From Octopus sinensis (Eukaryota), in assembly GCF_006345805.1 (NCBI RefSeq), contig NC_042998.1, forward strand, positions 172,670,001-172,734,000: a DNA stretch of 64,000 nt, in the 5' to 3' direction. Position 1 is the first letter of the stretch; every line of letters begins with the position of its first letter. Below are positions 25,694 through 39,689 of the stretch, piece by piece. Both the position numbers and the translations under genes were made by a program. Below the pieces are notes generated by a model that saw only the letters and a program-made list of their open reading frames with translations, did not search any database and was not told where the DNA came from.

Positions 25694-25695
<2 letters not shown>
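25520..25695 (-). mobile_element. 3' UTR fragment of the second RLE LINE family
   Basis: Nearly identical to 47677-47870 (ttcaaatttgcttccatttcttgccgagtgtc...cagcaacagttctcacatcgacaatgctct). Confidence 0.85.
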
Positions 25696-25733
<38 letters not shown>

Positions 25734-25741
25734 TATTATTA

Positions 25742-25773
<32 letters not shown>

Positions 25774-25777
<4 letters not shown>

Positions 25778-28700
25778 TAGTTTATTATTTTTATAGCGTG
25801 CTTTCACTTCACTACCGAGCGCAGCTCTGTGTGCCTGGGTATGTGCTGTGATTGTTGTGATGCTCTGATGGTTATTGTATGGAAAGTGTTCTGCGTAGGA
25901 TTGTGCAGTGCCTAGTAGTGCAAATTTCTGTATGTTATATGTGTTTGTAAGTCCTGGTGTTTTTGTTATGTATTTGTCTGAATATTTTTTTTTCATGCCT
26001 AATGCACCTACTATGATAGGAATTGTTTCTGTTTTCAGGTTCCACATTCTAGTTACCTCTATTTCCAGGTCTTTGTATTTGAGAGTTTCTCCATTTCTTT
26101 TAGAGACACGTTTTGTCTGCGGTATTGATACAATTAGAAAGCATTTTTTTCTTCATGATCTCTGACAACTATATCTTGTCTGTTGGCCTTAATTTCTTAT
26201 CTGTGTGTATCGGCATATCCCAGAGTATGGTTGCTTTCTCGTTTTCTGTGACCTTTTCTGGTGTGTGCCTATACCATCTTTTTTCTGTTGTTATTCCATA
26301 ATGTTGGCATAGCTTCCAATGTATGTAGGTTCCAACTTTGTCATGTCTGTGAATATATTCCTTCTTAGCCAGGATGGGCAGCTAGAGATAAAATGATTAT
26401 TGTTTCTTGTCCATCTCCACATATCTGCAGTTACTTGTAATATTTTTTCATTACATGTTTTTGGTAATTTCTGGTGGGGAGGCTTTGGTGTTTGTGCTGC
26501 AATTAAAAATCCCTCTGTTTCTGCTTTGAGTCCTGAGCTTCTGAACCATTGCTGGGATTTTCTTTGTCTATTTCTTTTGCGTTTAGTTTAGTGCAGTATT
26601 TACCATGAAGGGGCTTTTTGCCATCGTTTTATCATGGCTCGTTTGCTGTTCTATTTTTAGTTTGGATTTCATTTGTTTTATAGCTTTTGTTGTTCTTCAT
26701 CATCTTCTTTCTTTCTTCGTGTTTATTAGGTGGTATGATTTTCTGTTTGTATTTGTCAGCTTCCTTAAATACTGAGAACAGTTTTTTGTTTTGCTCGTGT
26801 TTTGCTGCTATCTGGATCAGTTTTCCTTCCTTCTGAAGTAGATATTTTTGCAGTCCTATGGTGGTTATTTTATAATAGTTTCCAGCTGTATAAGGCCTCT
26901 ACCACCTTCTATACGTTGTATATATAGTCTTTCTATGTCAGATTTTGGGTGATGCATCCTAGATCCTGTCATTATTTGTCTTGTTTTCCTATCTATTTTG
27001 GACAGTTCATTTCGTGTCCAGTTAAGGATATTGTAGCTGTAACTTATAACTGGGACAGCTAAAGTGTTGATACCTATATCTTGTTTTTAGCATTGAGCTC
27101 TGTTTTTAGTATTGATCTAACTCGTCTATAATATTCTTTTTTTATTTTCTCTTTCATTTGTGTGTGTTGTGTCTTATCTAGTTAATGGATTCCTAAGTAT
27201 TTTAAGTTTGGTCTAATTCTTTTATTTCATTGGTTTTATCTAGTGTGATGTTGTTACTCTTAACTAGTTTTCCTCTTTCATGGTTACTTTGGCGCGCATT
27301 TTTCTAATCCAAATTTCATATCTATTTCTTTGGTAAATCCATGAACTGTCTTTAATAGGTTTCCAGCTGTTGTCATTTGCAGCGTATAGTTTTAGGTCAT
27401 CAATATATAAAGGTGGCTGATCGTTTTGCCGTAACATTTATATCCGCATCCAGTTTATTTAGCATATCAGATAGAGGTGACAGTGCCAAGCAGATAAGGA
27501 GTGGAGAGAGGCGTGTCTCCCTGGAATATTCCTCTTCTATGGGGATGTCTTTGGTTTTCATGAGGCCCTCTTTTGTTTGGAGGTTTGTAGGACTGTTTGC
27601 CATTTATTCATAGAGTGCTCTATGAATTTTATGATTGTTGGTGCTACTTTGTTAATGGCTAGTGTTTCGAGGATCCATGTGTGGGGGATGCTATCAAACG
27701 CCTTTTTGTAGTCAATCCAGGCCATACTGCGGCCTTTCTTCTTTCTGTGGCTGTCTTAAGTTACGGCTTTATTAATCATTAGTTGATCTTTACAGCCATA
27801 TGAGCCCTTGCGGCATCCTTTATGCTCTTCTGGGAACAGTTTGTTTTCGTCCAGGTGCTTGTTCAGCCTTTGCGATATCACTGCAGTATATGCCTTGAAC
27901 ATAGTAGGGAGGCAGGTTATTGGTCTGTAGTTTTCTGGTTTTGTTGTTTTATTTGATTTGGGAATTAAGATGGTTTTCCCCTTCGTGAGCCATTCAGGCA
28001 TTTTCTCTGGCTCTGCTAGTATGCTGTTAAAGTTTTCAGCCAGCTTTTTGTGCATTCCTGTTAGATATTTCAACCAGAAGTGGGGATCTTGTGATGCCCA
28101 GTGCCTTCCAGTTGCTTAGTTTTTGCAGTGCCTGGGTGACCTCTTCAGTTGTTATGGGGGTCCAAAGTTGTTCAGATGCCGAGTTTGTTATTTTTCATAC
28201 TCCTTTTTTTTGGCTGTTCGTTCGCCGACCATATTTCTTTCCAGAATTCCTCCAATTCTTCTGCCGTTGGTGCTGGCAGTGACTTCTATTTTATTTTTGT
28301 CCAGTTCTTGGTAGAACTTTTTGGGGTCGGAGTTGAACTTTTTGTTATGTTCAAAGAAGCGTTGGCGTTTCTCGTACAAGCGGATCCTTTGAGCTTTGGC
28401 AAGGATATCGGCTTCAGCTTTCTTTTATCTCCGGCAATCTTTTTCTGTGATGTTATATTTGCGGAGCATTTGTTCTCTTTTTGTTGCTCAGTAGCGTTGC
28501 TTGTTTGCTGATTTCATTAAGAATCGACAGGTCTTTTCTAATTTTTTAATTTGTTTTGGATGTTATTTATCCACAGGGTTTGTTTTGGTGGTAGTACTCC
28601 TGTTGGGCGGGTTTGGGTGAGTATCCAACTTTCTTTTGTGGCTGTAGTGGCTGCTGCGTATATCATCATTTAGTTCAGTGATATCACTTTTTTTTGTTTC

Positions 28701-29771
28701 AGTGGCTAGTTCAGTGACGGCTAGGTTTATGTTGTTTATAATTGGTGTTGTTATTGCGTTTATTTTTATTCTTGGGAGGTATGGTCGGTGGTCCATTTTG
28801 AGCTCTGTGGTTTTTAGTTCTTTGATTATTTTATTTTTTATTTATCATAATCATTAGGCTCCCCTTCGTTGTTTACATCGTGTTTGTTGGGAATGTTGCG
28901 TTTGTCTTCGTGTTTTACAGTTTCAGTGTTTATATTATTGGGCATTGTTGTGTGGCTTCTATCTACATTTTCCTGGTGTATTTTTTCTTTTAAATGTTCT
29001 ATTTCTATTTCTGATATTTTCTTGGCTTTGAGAATGTATCTTCGTACGTTAGCTAATTTATTAGGGTTCATTGCTGTATCCAAGTCTATATCTCTATTAT
29101 TTTCCTTCCATATTTTATATGTATGTGTTGTTGTATTTTCATTTTGTGGGTAGAGCATTGCTGTGAAGTATGCGTGTAAGATAGAAATGTATTCCTCACG
29201 TGTCCATTTACGTCTTTTGGGTTTTAATTGCGGGACATGAGGTAAAACGTCCGGCCCATTATTTTGACGGTCGTCATTTTCGTAGGGTACCGGTCCGTTT
29301 ATTTCTGTTGTCACATTATTTCGCACGTGTAGTTTTTCGTACATTTTTGTTGTAGGTTAATGTACGTACCGCTCGATTGTTATTCTTGGGTTGAATAGTA
29401 TCGGTGGCATTTAATTTCTTCGTAGTTCCTTTGTACATGGTGTTTGAGGTCGGGGATGATCGTGTTGTTCCACGCATGTTACATGTGTTGTGTTAGAGGT
29501 GGAGATAATATCGAGTCAAAATACATAATTCGTTTCGACAATAGTAATAAATTTCAATTCGTATTACTTACTCGGATATAGTCCAATTCTTTGTTAGTAA
29601 ATCTTTGGCTCCATAGGGTGTCCTTGTTTTCGATGTTTGTGGATAGATTTCGGAGCTCTGTATTTTCCTTCTTACATCTTAAACGTCCCCGGTGTCTTCT
29701 CTTAAACGTCCCCGGTGTCTTCTCTTCTAAAAGTCCCGGTTGTCTTCTCTTCTAACGTCCCCGTTGTCTTC

Positions 29772-29772
<1 letters not shown>
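25774..29772 (-). mobile_element. Apparently full-length (~4.0 kb) R4/Dong-like non-LTR retrotransposon in (TAA)n
   Basis: N-terminus KPKRRKWTREEY (ORF 28838-29344), RT (NYRPITCLPT, SMAWIDYKKAFD, YIDDLK), CCHC region and RLE tail MWNLKTETIPIIVGALG. 5' UTR has ~23 bp tandem repeats. (TAA)n on both flanks. Frame broken by many small indels. Confidence 0.92.
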
Positions 29773-29825
<53 letters not shown>

Positions 29826-29859
29826 CATCATATCATCATCATCATCATCATCATCATCA

Positions 29860-29897
<38 letters not shown>

Positions 29898-30064
29898 TAT
29901 TATTATTTTATTATTATTACTACTACTATCGTTTTACTTCTCAGAACGTTTGGTCTTGTCTGTTCTGGTATATTCTGTGAGAGCGGTCAACAGCATGCTC
30001 TGAGAGTTCTGACAGGGTCTGTTTCCGCAAATTACAAGCTTTAATACTTGGTTGTTAATTATTA

Positions 30065-31055
30065 TGGTTGATATTCAACATCCAAGTACCAGTCTGAAAA
30101 TCCTAGCAAGGCAGCTTTTTGGGCTTGCTCTGCTCTCACGTTAGTTCCGATGTTTTTGACATATTCCTCGAACTTGTTTGTTAGTGCTTCAAGAGCCCCT
30201 ACAACTACTGGAATGACACACTCTCCTCACAGTCCACATTCTTATAATTTCGTCTTTTAGTAGTCTGTACATTTCAATCTTTTCTAGTTCTTTGTCACTT
30301 ATGCGTGCATCTCCAGGTATTGCAATATCTATGATCTTGGTTTCTTTTTTCTTTATCTATTTAAACAATGTCTCCAAGCCTCGGTTAGGGAGTCACATTG
30401 GATTGTAAAATCCAGCAGAATCTTATGTTCCTTATTTATGATCCCGATGACGCCTTCTGGTTCATATTCGTACAGTGCTTTGTTTAGGCAGTACTTTTCA
30501 CATAACCACCAGTAGACAGACTTAGCCACATTATCGTGTCTCTTTTTGTAGTGTTTTGGGGCCAGCTTGCTACAGTCATTCACAATATGTGAGATTGTTT
30601 CGTTTCTGCTGCCACACATCCTACAAAAGGGCGATTCGCTGCTCTTATCTGTTTGGAACTTGGTGCAATAAGTTCTCAGAGATTGTTTCTGGGCGCAGCA
30701 TATCAATGCCTCACTGCATCTTTTCAGATCACTTGTTTCTTAGTCATCTCCAAGTGTTGATCTTGTCTTTCCTTTCGATTTCTTTGAGGTATTTCCCATG
30801 AAGTGCTTTCATTTTCTAGTTGCTTATTCTTTCTTCTTCATCTTATTTATTAAATGCTAGTGGATGGTCGGTAGATATTATATTGTTAATTCTAACAGCG
30901 GCAAGCAAGGATTCACTCTGCTGTTTCATGTACCATCCCAGACTGTTCTTCTCGTTGACACCACAGATCTTGCATCTTATGAAACCTCTTCCACCCCTGT
31001 TTCTAGGCACATACGCTGTCAGTATCGCTTTTGGGGGTGTAGTTCCTTGTTAACT
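30065..31055 (-). mobile_element. Old RLE LINE 3' fragment
   Basis: CRMCGSRNETISHIVNDCSKLAPKHYKKRHDNVAKSVYWWLC. Confidence 0.85.
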
Positions 31056-31149
31056 GTAATCACTATCATTATTATTATTATTATTATTATATTATTATTA
31101 TTATTTTATTATTATTATTATTATAATAATAATAATTATTATTATTATT

Positions 31150-31193
<44 letters not shown>

Positions 31194-31195
31194 TA

Positions 31196-31270
<75 letters not shown>

Positions 31271-31326
31271 TATTATATTATTATTATTATCATCATCCTC
31301 ATCATCATCATCATCATAATCATTAT

Positions 31327-31510
31327 TATTATTATTATTATTATTATATGCTTGACTTTTGCTTTATGTCTGTACAAGTTGGCTCCAAGTCTCACCCAGA
31401 GACCTCAAGAGACAACAGGTTGGAAGTTCACGTTGTTGTTATGCCTAGTGTGCCATATATTTGGGTTTTTATTTTGGTGTTGTACTAGTGAATGTCTAAT
31501 GAATAAATAA
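31327..31510 (-). mobile_element. Short retroelement tail embedded in (ATT)n
   Basis: Non-repetitive island between (ATT)n tracts, ending (minus strand) aagcaaaagtcaagcat-(AAT)n. Confidence 0.45.
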
Positions 31511-31515
31511 AAAAA

Positions 31516-31576
<61 letters not shown>

Positions 31577-31683
31577 TAGTTTTATTTTTATTATTTTATA
31601 TTTTATTATTATTATTATTATTATTTATTATTATTATTATTATTATATTATTATTATTATTATTATCATTATTATTATTATTA

Positions 31684-31712
<29 letters not shown>

Positions 31713-31714
<2 letters not shown>

Positions 31715-32250
31715 GAGTGAGAGAGCAGTGCATGCCATCAAAGTGACACTGGGGTAAAAAAAATTAGAAGCCCAGTATACCCATCATGACTACCCGTCCG
31801 ATAAGGGTACACCAGGCACATGCATCACAACCAAATGTGCGCGACATGGTCATCTCATATCAATATAAACAACAGATGACCTTGTAGGTGGGCCCAGTTA
31901 GAATTTTCTTCTGGTCGAGTAGTCCATCCTGCTCAAAAGGTCCCTGAATAAGGATTCTTTAAGGACGTTGAACGAACCACCAATGTTTCGAAAGGTGAAT
32001 TATCCAAACCTCTAAGAATTCGTATGATGCTCCCCCACTACTTCTGCTCATGATCAGAGATGCACATGTCGTCAGCCACTAAGTTACATGCTCAACTGGT
32101 GGAGGTCAAACAACTAACATGCAAATCTGTGGTACTGAACAGAATATTTGCTGTAGCCCATCTTTTATACCCAGACAAAACAATGTACATGATAACACTT
32201 CCAATCAGTTAAGATCAGAAGCCATGAGAGCCACTGCCTGGTTTTGCATA
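31713..32250. mobile_element. ~530 bp non-coding repeat inserted in (ATT)n/(ATC)n
   Basis: Colinear copy at 43166-43685 and partial copy at 41963-42098; no long ORF. Confidence 0.85.
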
Positions 32251-32255
32251 TCATC

Positions 32256-32311
<56 letters not shown>

Positions 32312-32357
32312 CATCATCATTATCATCATTATCATCATCATCATCATCATTATTATT

Positions 32358-32400
<43 letters not shown>

Positions 32401-32422
32401 TATATTATTATCATCATTACCA

Positions 32423-32492
<70 letters not shown>

Positions 32493-32496
<4 letters not shown>

Positions 32497-33302
32497 TAGT
32501 TTTATTTTTATAGCGTGCTTTCACTTCACTACCGAGCGCAGCTCTGTGTGCCTTGGGTATGTGCTGTGATTTGTTGTGATGCTCTGATGGTTATTGTGTG
32601 GAAAGTGTTCTGCGTAGGATGTGTGCAGTGCCTAGTAGTGCAATTTTCTGTATGTTATATGTGTTTGTAAGTCTTGGTGTTTTTGTTATGTATTTGTCTG
32701 AATATTTTTTTATCATGCCTAATGCACCTACTATGATAGGAATTGTTTCTGTTTTCAGATTCCACATTCTAGTTACCTCTATTTCCAGGTCTTTGTATTT
32801 TGAGAGTTTCTCCATTTCTTTTAGAGACACGTTGTCATCTGCCGGTATTGATACATCAATTAGAAAGCATTTTTTCTCTTCATGATCTCTGACAACTATA
32901 TCTGGTCTGTTGGCCTTAATTTCTCTATCTGTGTGTATCGGCATATCCCAGAGTATGGTTGCTTTCTCGTTTTCTGTGACCTTTTCTGGTGTGTGCCTAT
33001 ACCATCTTTTTTCTGTTGTTATTCCATAATGTTGGCATAGCTTCCAATGTATGTAGGTTCCAACTTTGTCATGTCTGTGAATATATTCCTTCTTAGCCGG
33101 ACTGGGCAGCTAGAGATAATATGATTTATTGTTTCTTGTCTATCTCCACATATTCTGCAGTTACTTGTAATATTTCTTTTCATTACATGTTTTTGGTAAT
33201 TTCTGGTGGGGAGGCTTTGGTCTTGTGCTGCCAATTAAAAATCCCTCTGTTTCTGCTTTGAGTCCTGAGCTTCTCAACCATTGCTGGGATTTTCTTTGTC
33301 TC

Positions 33303-33303
<1 letters not shown>
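32493..33303 (-). mobile_element. Young R4/Dong-like 3' fragment
   Basis: ORF 32591-32944 IKANRPDIVVRDHEEKKCFLIDVSIP...LLGTAHILRRTLS; near-identical to 45202-46010. Confidence 0.95.
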
Positions 33304-33366
<63 letters not shown>

Positions 33367-33425
33367 CATTATTATTATTATAATTTAATAATAATAATAA
33401 TAATAATATAATAATAATAATAATA

Positions 33426-33459
<34 letters not shown>

Positions 33460-33829
33460 TATTATTATTATTATTATTATTATTATCATCATTGTTATTA
33501 TTATTATGTTATTATAATTATTATTATTATTATAATTATTATTATTATTATTATAATTATAATTATTATTATTATTATTATAATAATTATTATTATAATT
33601 ATTATTATTATTATTATCATCATCATCATCATCATCATCATTATCATCATCATCATCATCATTATCATCAGTATTATTAATATTATTATAATTATAATTA
33701 TTATTATTATTATTATTGTTATTATTATTATTGTTGCTCTTGCTGTTGTTGTTGTTGATTATGTCGTTGTTATTGCTTTGTTTTATGCGAGTTGCTGTTA
33801 GTCTCAGAAAGCGCTACTAGTATTACACT

Positions 33830-34340
33830 GAAGGTTTTTATGTACCTGTGATCTGCAATGATAGTTTGAAGGAAATGGAAACTAGTATCTGGGGTCTAAG
33901 ACATTGTTAAATTAGTAAACTGAAATGTTCTAAGTGAATCAAGTATTTTCAAGTTAATATTGTTTTATTTTTTCGGATGTGTGGAGTCCCCAAAAGAACA
34001 ATTTTGTATAGTTATGATGCTTTTGGGTTCCATGGTATTTGGCAATAGCGTTTAAAAACGTCATTTAGTATTATCTCCCAAAACTCCCATGATTACAGGT
34101 ACAGTTCTTGTTCATAAATAACACACTTTTGAGGCCTTTATACCAAGATTCTTGCATTTACCTAACATCCCAAGTGTTCTTTTACAGATGTGTTGCAGTC
34201 TTCCGGGATCTACATATCTATGAGCAAGCTTGTTTTGTTAATGTTATTTTATGCCACCCTATCTGATCAGTTTAAATACTAAAATCTCAGAAAATGGTGA
34301 TATCTTCGTTTTCTACTACTTGGACAGGCTTCATCTTTTT
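33830..34340 (-). mobile_element. Highly degenerate RLE LINE 3' remnant
   Basis: Minus strand VPVIMGV motif and general similarity to the other RLE tails. Confidence 0.4.
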
Positions 34341-34387
34341 GTTCTTGTTGCTGTTAATATTGCTGTTGTCATCATCATCATCATCAT

Positions 34388-34420
<33 letters not shown>

Positions 34421-34945
34421 TATTTGTATTATATAATTATTGCTCACACACACAATAATTTGAACAGAATTCAAACCGATGTTACGTACGTTTCGGTAAT
34501 CGAAAGCCATTTATTTCATATTACGCACAAATTATGCAATTTTATGCGATCAAATTAGAGTTCATCGACTTTCCTAGACATACTTTGATTCACAATCAAC
34601 TCATAAATTATGCATAACAAGTGCATAACTTTATTAATGATACGAAACAAATGGCGTTCGTTTATCGAAACGTACATATTGATTTGAGATCTCTTTTCAT
34701 CAATTAAAGTTATTGTTATTGACTCCGTGAGGATTATAACATACTTATTTGATATAAAATTTCTTGGATTGACGAAGTGCTCTTTAATAATTGACCGAAG
34801 TATAACCAATTACTCTTTGGTTAATTACAAGTTGTAACTTTTATATAAGTTTTTCAACACTGTCTTACCTCGGCTCCTGCATGAAATTTGCTTAGGTGAA
34901 CCCCTGCGTGTTACCTATTCCCGCAATTATAATATATATGTATAA

Positions 34946-35020
<75 letters not shown>

Positions 35021-35074
35021 ATGTCTGCCTGTCTGTCTGTCTGTCTGTCTGTCGTCTGTCTGTCAAGCTAGCTA

Positions 35075-35203
35075 GCTCTTTTACTCTATTACTGTTTTAC
35101 ACGTTTCAGTTATTTGACTGTGGCTATACTGGAGCACCGCTAAAGTCGAAGAAATCGTCCAGAACTTATGTTTGTAAGCCTAGTACTTATTCTATAGGTC
35201 TCT

Positions 35204-35250
<47 letters not shown>

Positions 35251-35410
35251 CGACGGGCTTCTTTTAGTTTTGGTCTACCAAATCCACCTACAATGCTTTG
35301 GTCGGCCCGAGGCTATAGTAGAAGACACATACCCAAGGTGCCACGCAGTGGGACTGAACCCGAAACCATGGTGTTAGAAAGCAAGTTTCTTACCACACAC
35401 CCACACCTGC
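35075..35410 (-). mobile_element. SINE family A
   Basis: Reverse complement of the 6863/38916 copies (cccaaggtgccacgcagtgggactgaacccg). Confidence 0.85.
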
Positions 35411-36557
35411 GTCTATATGTAGATCTCGTAGCTGGTTTTAATTGCCCTATGATAATTATGACACATCCTCTAGCGTCGAATAAAATATTAATAAATTAAG
35501 AATTAATGTTATCATATGATATTGGATACTACTGCATGTGTCTAAGTTGGCGAAATGCATGCCACTGGCCCCTCTTAGCTATTTCACTTAGCTCATACTT
35601 TAGTAAACTATGCAAGTTACCTAGTCTTAGTCCTTTGCTGCTTGAGATAAGGTTGGACGGCTGTCGTGCCTTTTGAGATAGTAGCGACTGTTCTCTTATC
35701 TCCAGACAATAAGCCTGTCCTTCTCATTAATACTGTTTTAACTTTAGAGAATACTTGATACTTGAGCTTGTCATTCTCTATCATGTGGAGCTGAGCTTAA
35801 CAGCTATTTGCTAATTATGACGTCCTCTAGAGATGGAGATAATTTAAATAAGGCAAGACGTTATATCGTATGGAATTTGATTTCGCTTTCTTCCTTTCTT
35901 TCTTCCTTTCTTTCTACCTTCCTTTGTTTGTTTGTTTGTTTCTTTCTTTCTTTCTGTCAGTCTGTTTGTCTGCTGTGTCTCTGTATATATTTATACAAAC
36001 AGAGACACACAAATAAAGATATGATACACATAGATATATGCTTACATACATACGTATATATACGTGTGTGTGAGTGTGTATACATATATATTATGGACGA
36101 AGTATAGTAATATTTTTACACAGATTTATATGCAATTGCAATTGCTATTTGCGGAAAAAAAAACATTCGATTAGATAAAACTATAAAATTGAGACTGAGA
36201 ATCAGAAAAAAGTTATTATATATAATGGATGGCAAAAGTAAAATCTAATGTACAAATATTAGCTTTCTGAATTTGTGGGAGAACTCGCGACAGGATGGTG
36301 TTCAGTCATTTTTAGGATAATTAAATGGATGAGCTCCACATAAACTAAATTTAACACAACCACTATCATAAACATACCGAACGAAATATCATCCTTAAAT
36401 GGCATACTAAAATCGATGACTGCTATTTCACAACTGTCTCGGCAAGGTTGGTACTTGCAGTAGCCAGCGACCGAGATGCATAATGCATCAAGTATTTCTT
36501 TAGGTTTATGTGGTGTACATATATAGATCTGCCAATATAGGGGGAAAATTAGGTATT

Positions 36558-36590
<33 letters not shown>

Positions 36591-36784
36591 GAGAGAGAGA
36601 GAGAGAAAATCTATATGCGTGCGTGAGTCTGCGAAACTCAATATCTGCGAGTATGTATAGATAATTGGATTTTGGTAAAGCAAAAAGCCATTACAAGCTG
36701 TGCGGTCTCATTTCTTAATGGTTTATATATAATATATAATATATAATATAATATAATATAATATATATATATATATATATATAT

Positions 36785-36903
36785 AAAGATATATAAAACC
36801 TCTTTTCTTCCCTTCTTTCCTGAGCATCCAATAATACTATATTTGTTCCACGTCCTCGCGTTGTTGTGTTTTCTCTTGGTGTTTTCATGTTTGGATTAAC
36901 TAT
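36785..36903 (+). mobile_element. Truncated copy of the 18618 unit, flanked by (TA)n; starts just downstream of the ribozyme core
   Basis: Reverse complement of 18618-18728; begins at taaaacc. Confidence 0.8.
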
Positions 36904-36906
36904 ATA

Positions 36907-37003
<97 letters not shown>

Positions 37004-37149
37004 GTATGTATGTATGTACGTATGTATATCGTAAATGTTTGTGTACACACACACACAAACATATAACTTAATGTTAATTCACGTCGGGGTGCGTTGCGTC
37101 CCGTTACTTAATAAATGAAAAAAATGTATGGTATACAAAAGAAAAAAAA

Positions 37150-38110
37150 CAAACGGATTAACGCATACTGAGAAGGTCCTTAATTCTTCATCAGTTATCA
37201 AACCAAATGATATTCAGTTTCGCCCCATTAATAAGACAGAAATTTTCAAGCTGACGGTGTCCGCGAAAGTTGCGGGGAATATAGGGACGAGAACAAGCAC
37301 AAGAAAACAATACAGAGTGGATATACGGAGGTGAATAAATTTGATTTAAGACGATAGACGAAAACGAAATAAATAAGAAACGAGCAAAATATAGCCTCAG
37401 ACAAGAATGGTGTGTACTGCTTAGAAGACATCTTAAGGGTGAGAGAGACACAGAAAATTTGCGAGTGGTCAGCTACGCGACAGGTGTGAAAAATGGAAAG
37501 CTGGCCCCATTTTTTTTCCTTTGCTCTCACGCGTTCCTTACTTCTATTTCTAACCTTTCCCCTTTCTCTTTTTTCTGTCTCTCTCACCCTCTTTCATTCC
37601 TAGCCTTTCACTTTTCTTCTTTTCACCCTTTATTCCTTCCCCTGTTTTCTCTCTTCCTCTCTTTCTCCTCTGCCTGATGCTGCTGTTACGCGACCAGCTT
37701 TCCTTTCTTTCTCACCCTTTTCACATCGATTGCGTAGCCGACCGGTCGCAAATACTCTGTGTCTTATTATTTTCTGTTCCTTAGGATGTCTTCTAAGTGT
37801 TACACACCATTCTTGTCTTTTTTGACTTGAGGCTATATTTTGCACGGTTCTTACTTATTTCGTCTTTGTCCATCGTCTTAAATCACATTTATTCATTTTC
37901 GTATGTCCGCTCTGCATTGTTATGTTTTGTCTTTTTATTTTGGCTCCCGTCCCTATATTCTTCGCAACTTTCGCTGGCACTGCCAGCATGGGAAGTTCTC
38001 AGTCTTATCCTTAATGGTGCGTAACTGAGTAATACCATTTGCTCGATAACTGATGAAGTATTAGGGACCTTCTGTGTCATCAGTCTCCCGTTCGGTTATA
38101 TACTCAGTAT
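37150..38110. mobile_element. ~960 bp fold-back element with ~345 bp diverged inverted arms and a pyrimidine-rich core
   Basis: Arms ~37150-37495 and ~37715-38110 (gacaagaatggtgtgta / tacacaccattcttgtc). Core homologous to 39600-39920 in reverse orientation. Confidence 0.8.
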
Positions 38111-38915
38111 ACGTTATGTCGTTTATAAATCCTGCTACTTATTCGATCGTTTTTATCATTTTTATCGAGCTGCTTTGTTACGGAGACGTAAAGACACCAA
38201 CATCGGTTGTCAAGCAGTGGAGGGGAACAAATACGGACGCATCTTCTCAAACACATGCACACACACACATGCACATACATGCACGCAAGCATATATATAC
38301 TTATTTGTGTCTCTCCTTACTAACCGTCAGCCATTTTGTATTTTATATTTAAACGTATATATATATAAATTATACTATATTATATAGAGATTGTTAACAT
38401 TAACAATAAACAGAAATAGGCTAGAATCGAAGTGCTCAAATTGAGCTAAGTTCCAATTTATAATGTGATTGGAGGCAATACGAACGGAAAACTAGAGGAA
38501 CATGACCAATTATCCAAGAGAATATTCAATATACATGTGTGTACTTTCTTCGTCATTAATAAATCAATATAAAGTTCGAAATAATATTAGTATTAAAACA
38601 TACAAGCATATAAGCGTATAAATATTTAATATTTAAAAACACGCAAATATTTAAAAATATATAAACACATAAATAGATACATAAATAGATATAGAAATAC
38701 GTCGATATGATATACGATATAGTGAATTATAAATTCACACTATAAAGGAATAATAATTTACAAGTTACAACACCATCATATAAGATGTTTAAAAATTGGT
38801 AGGTATCTAAAAATATTTAAAAATACTCATGAATATAAATTAATACGCAGGCAAAATAGAAAACATCAATATAAGACATAGTGAATTATTAATGTCGAAG
38901 AAATTACACATATAG

Positions 38916-39310
38916 GTGCAGGAGTGACTGTGTGGTAAGTAGCTTGCTAACCAACCACATGGTTCCGGGTTCAGTCCCACTGCGTGGCATCTTGGGCAAG
39001 TGTCTTCTGCTATAGCCCAGGCCGACCAATGCCTTGTGAATGGATTTGGTAGACGGAAACTGAAAGAAGCCTGTCGTATATATGTATATATATATATATG
39101 TGTGTGTGTGTGTATGTCTGTGTTTGTCCCCCTAGCATTGCTTGACAACCGATGCTGGTGTGTTTAAGTCCCCGTCACTTAGCGGTTCGGCAAAAGAAAC
39201 CGAAAGAATAAGTGCTGGGCTTACAAAGAATAAGTCTCGGGGTCGATTTGCTCGACTAAAGGCGGTGCTTCAGCATGGCCGCAGTCAAATGACTGAAACA
39301 AGTAAAAGAA
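38916..39310 (+). mobile_element. SINE family A, full length
   Basis: Colinear with 6863-7285. Confidence 0.9.
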
Positions 39311-39599
39311 TAAAAGAAAAGAATATATACTGAATATTCTATTGGATAATAGATCATGTTTCTCTAGTTTTCCGTTCGCATTGCCTCCATTCAAATTATA
39401 TATATTCATAATCTATAGTATAGATTATGAACTCTCCCGTCGTTAGACAATATATGAGGGTTCAGAAATTTTTACCGAATTACCACTCATGATTTATTTA
39501 TAGGGATCAAATGTTTGTGTATGCATAAGCCCACCCCCTCCATGAAATCGACATTACCTGCACAGGTGCACCGTGTGACACATGTCAGATGACCAAATG

Positions 39600-39658
39600 A
39601 TGGCAGGTTACGTTACAGCAGCAGGCAGAGGAAAAAGAGGGCAAGAGAGAGAGCAAGA

Positions 39659-39689
<31 letters not shown>

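Noticed and set aside
37185-38070. CTGATGA motifs in both arms of the fold-back element
   Set aside because: No GAAA after the stem, so not a hammerhead
38538-38911. ~28 bp imperfect inverted repeats around AT-rich DNA
   Set aside because: No TSD or second copy; too weak to call a MITE
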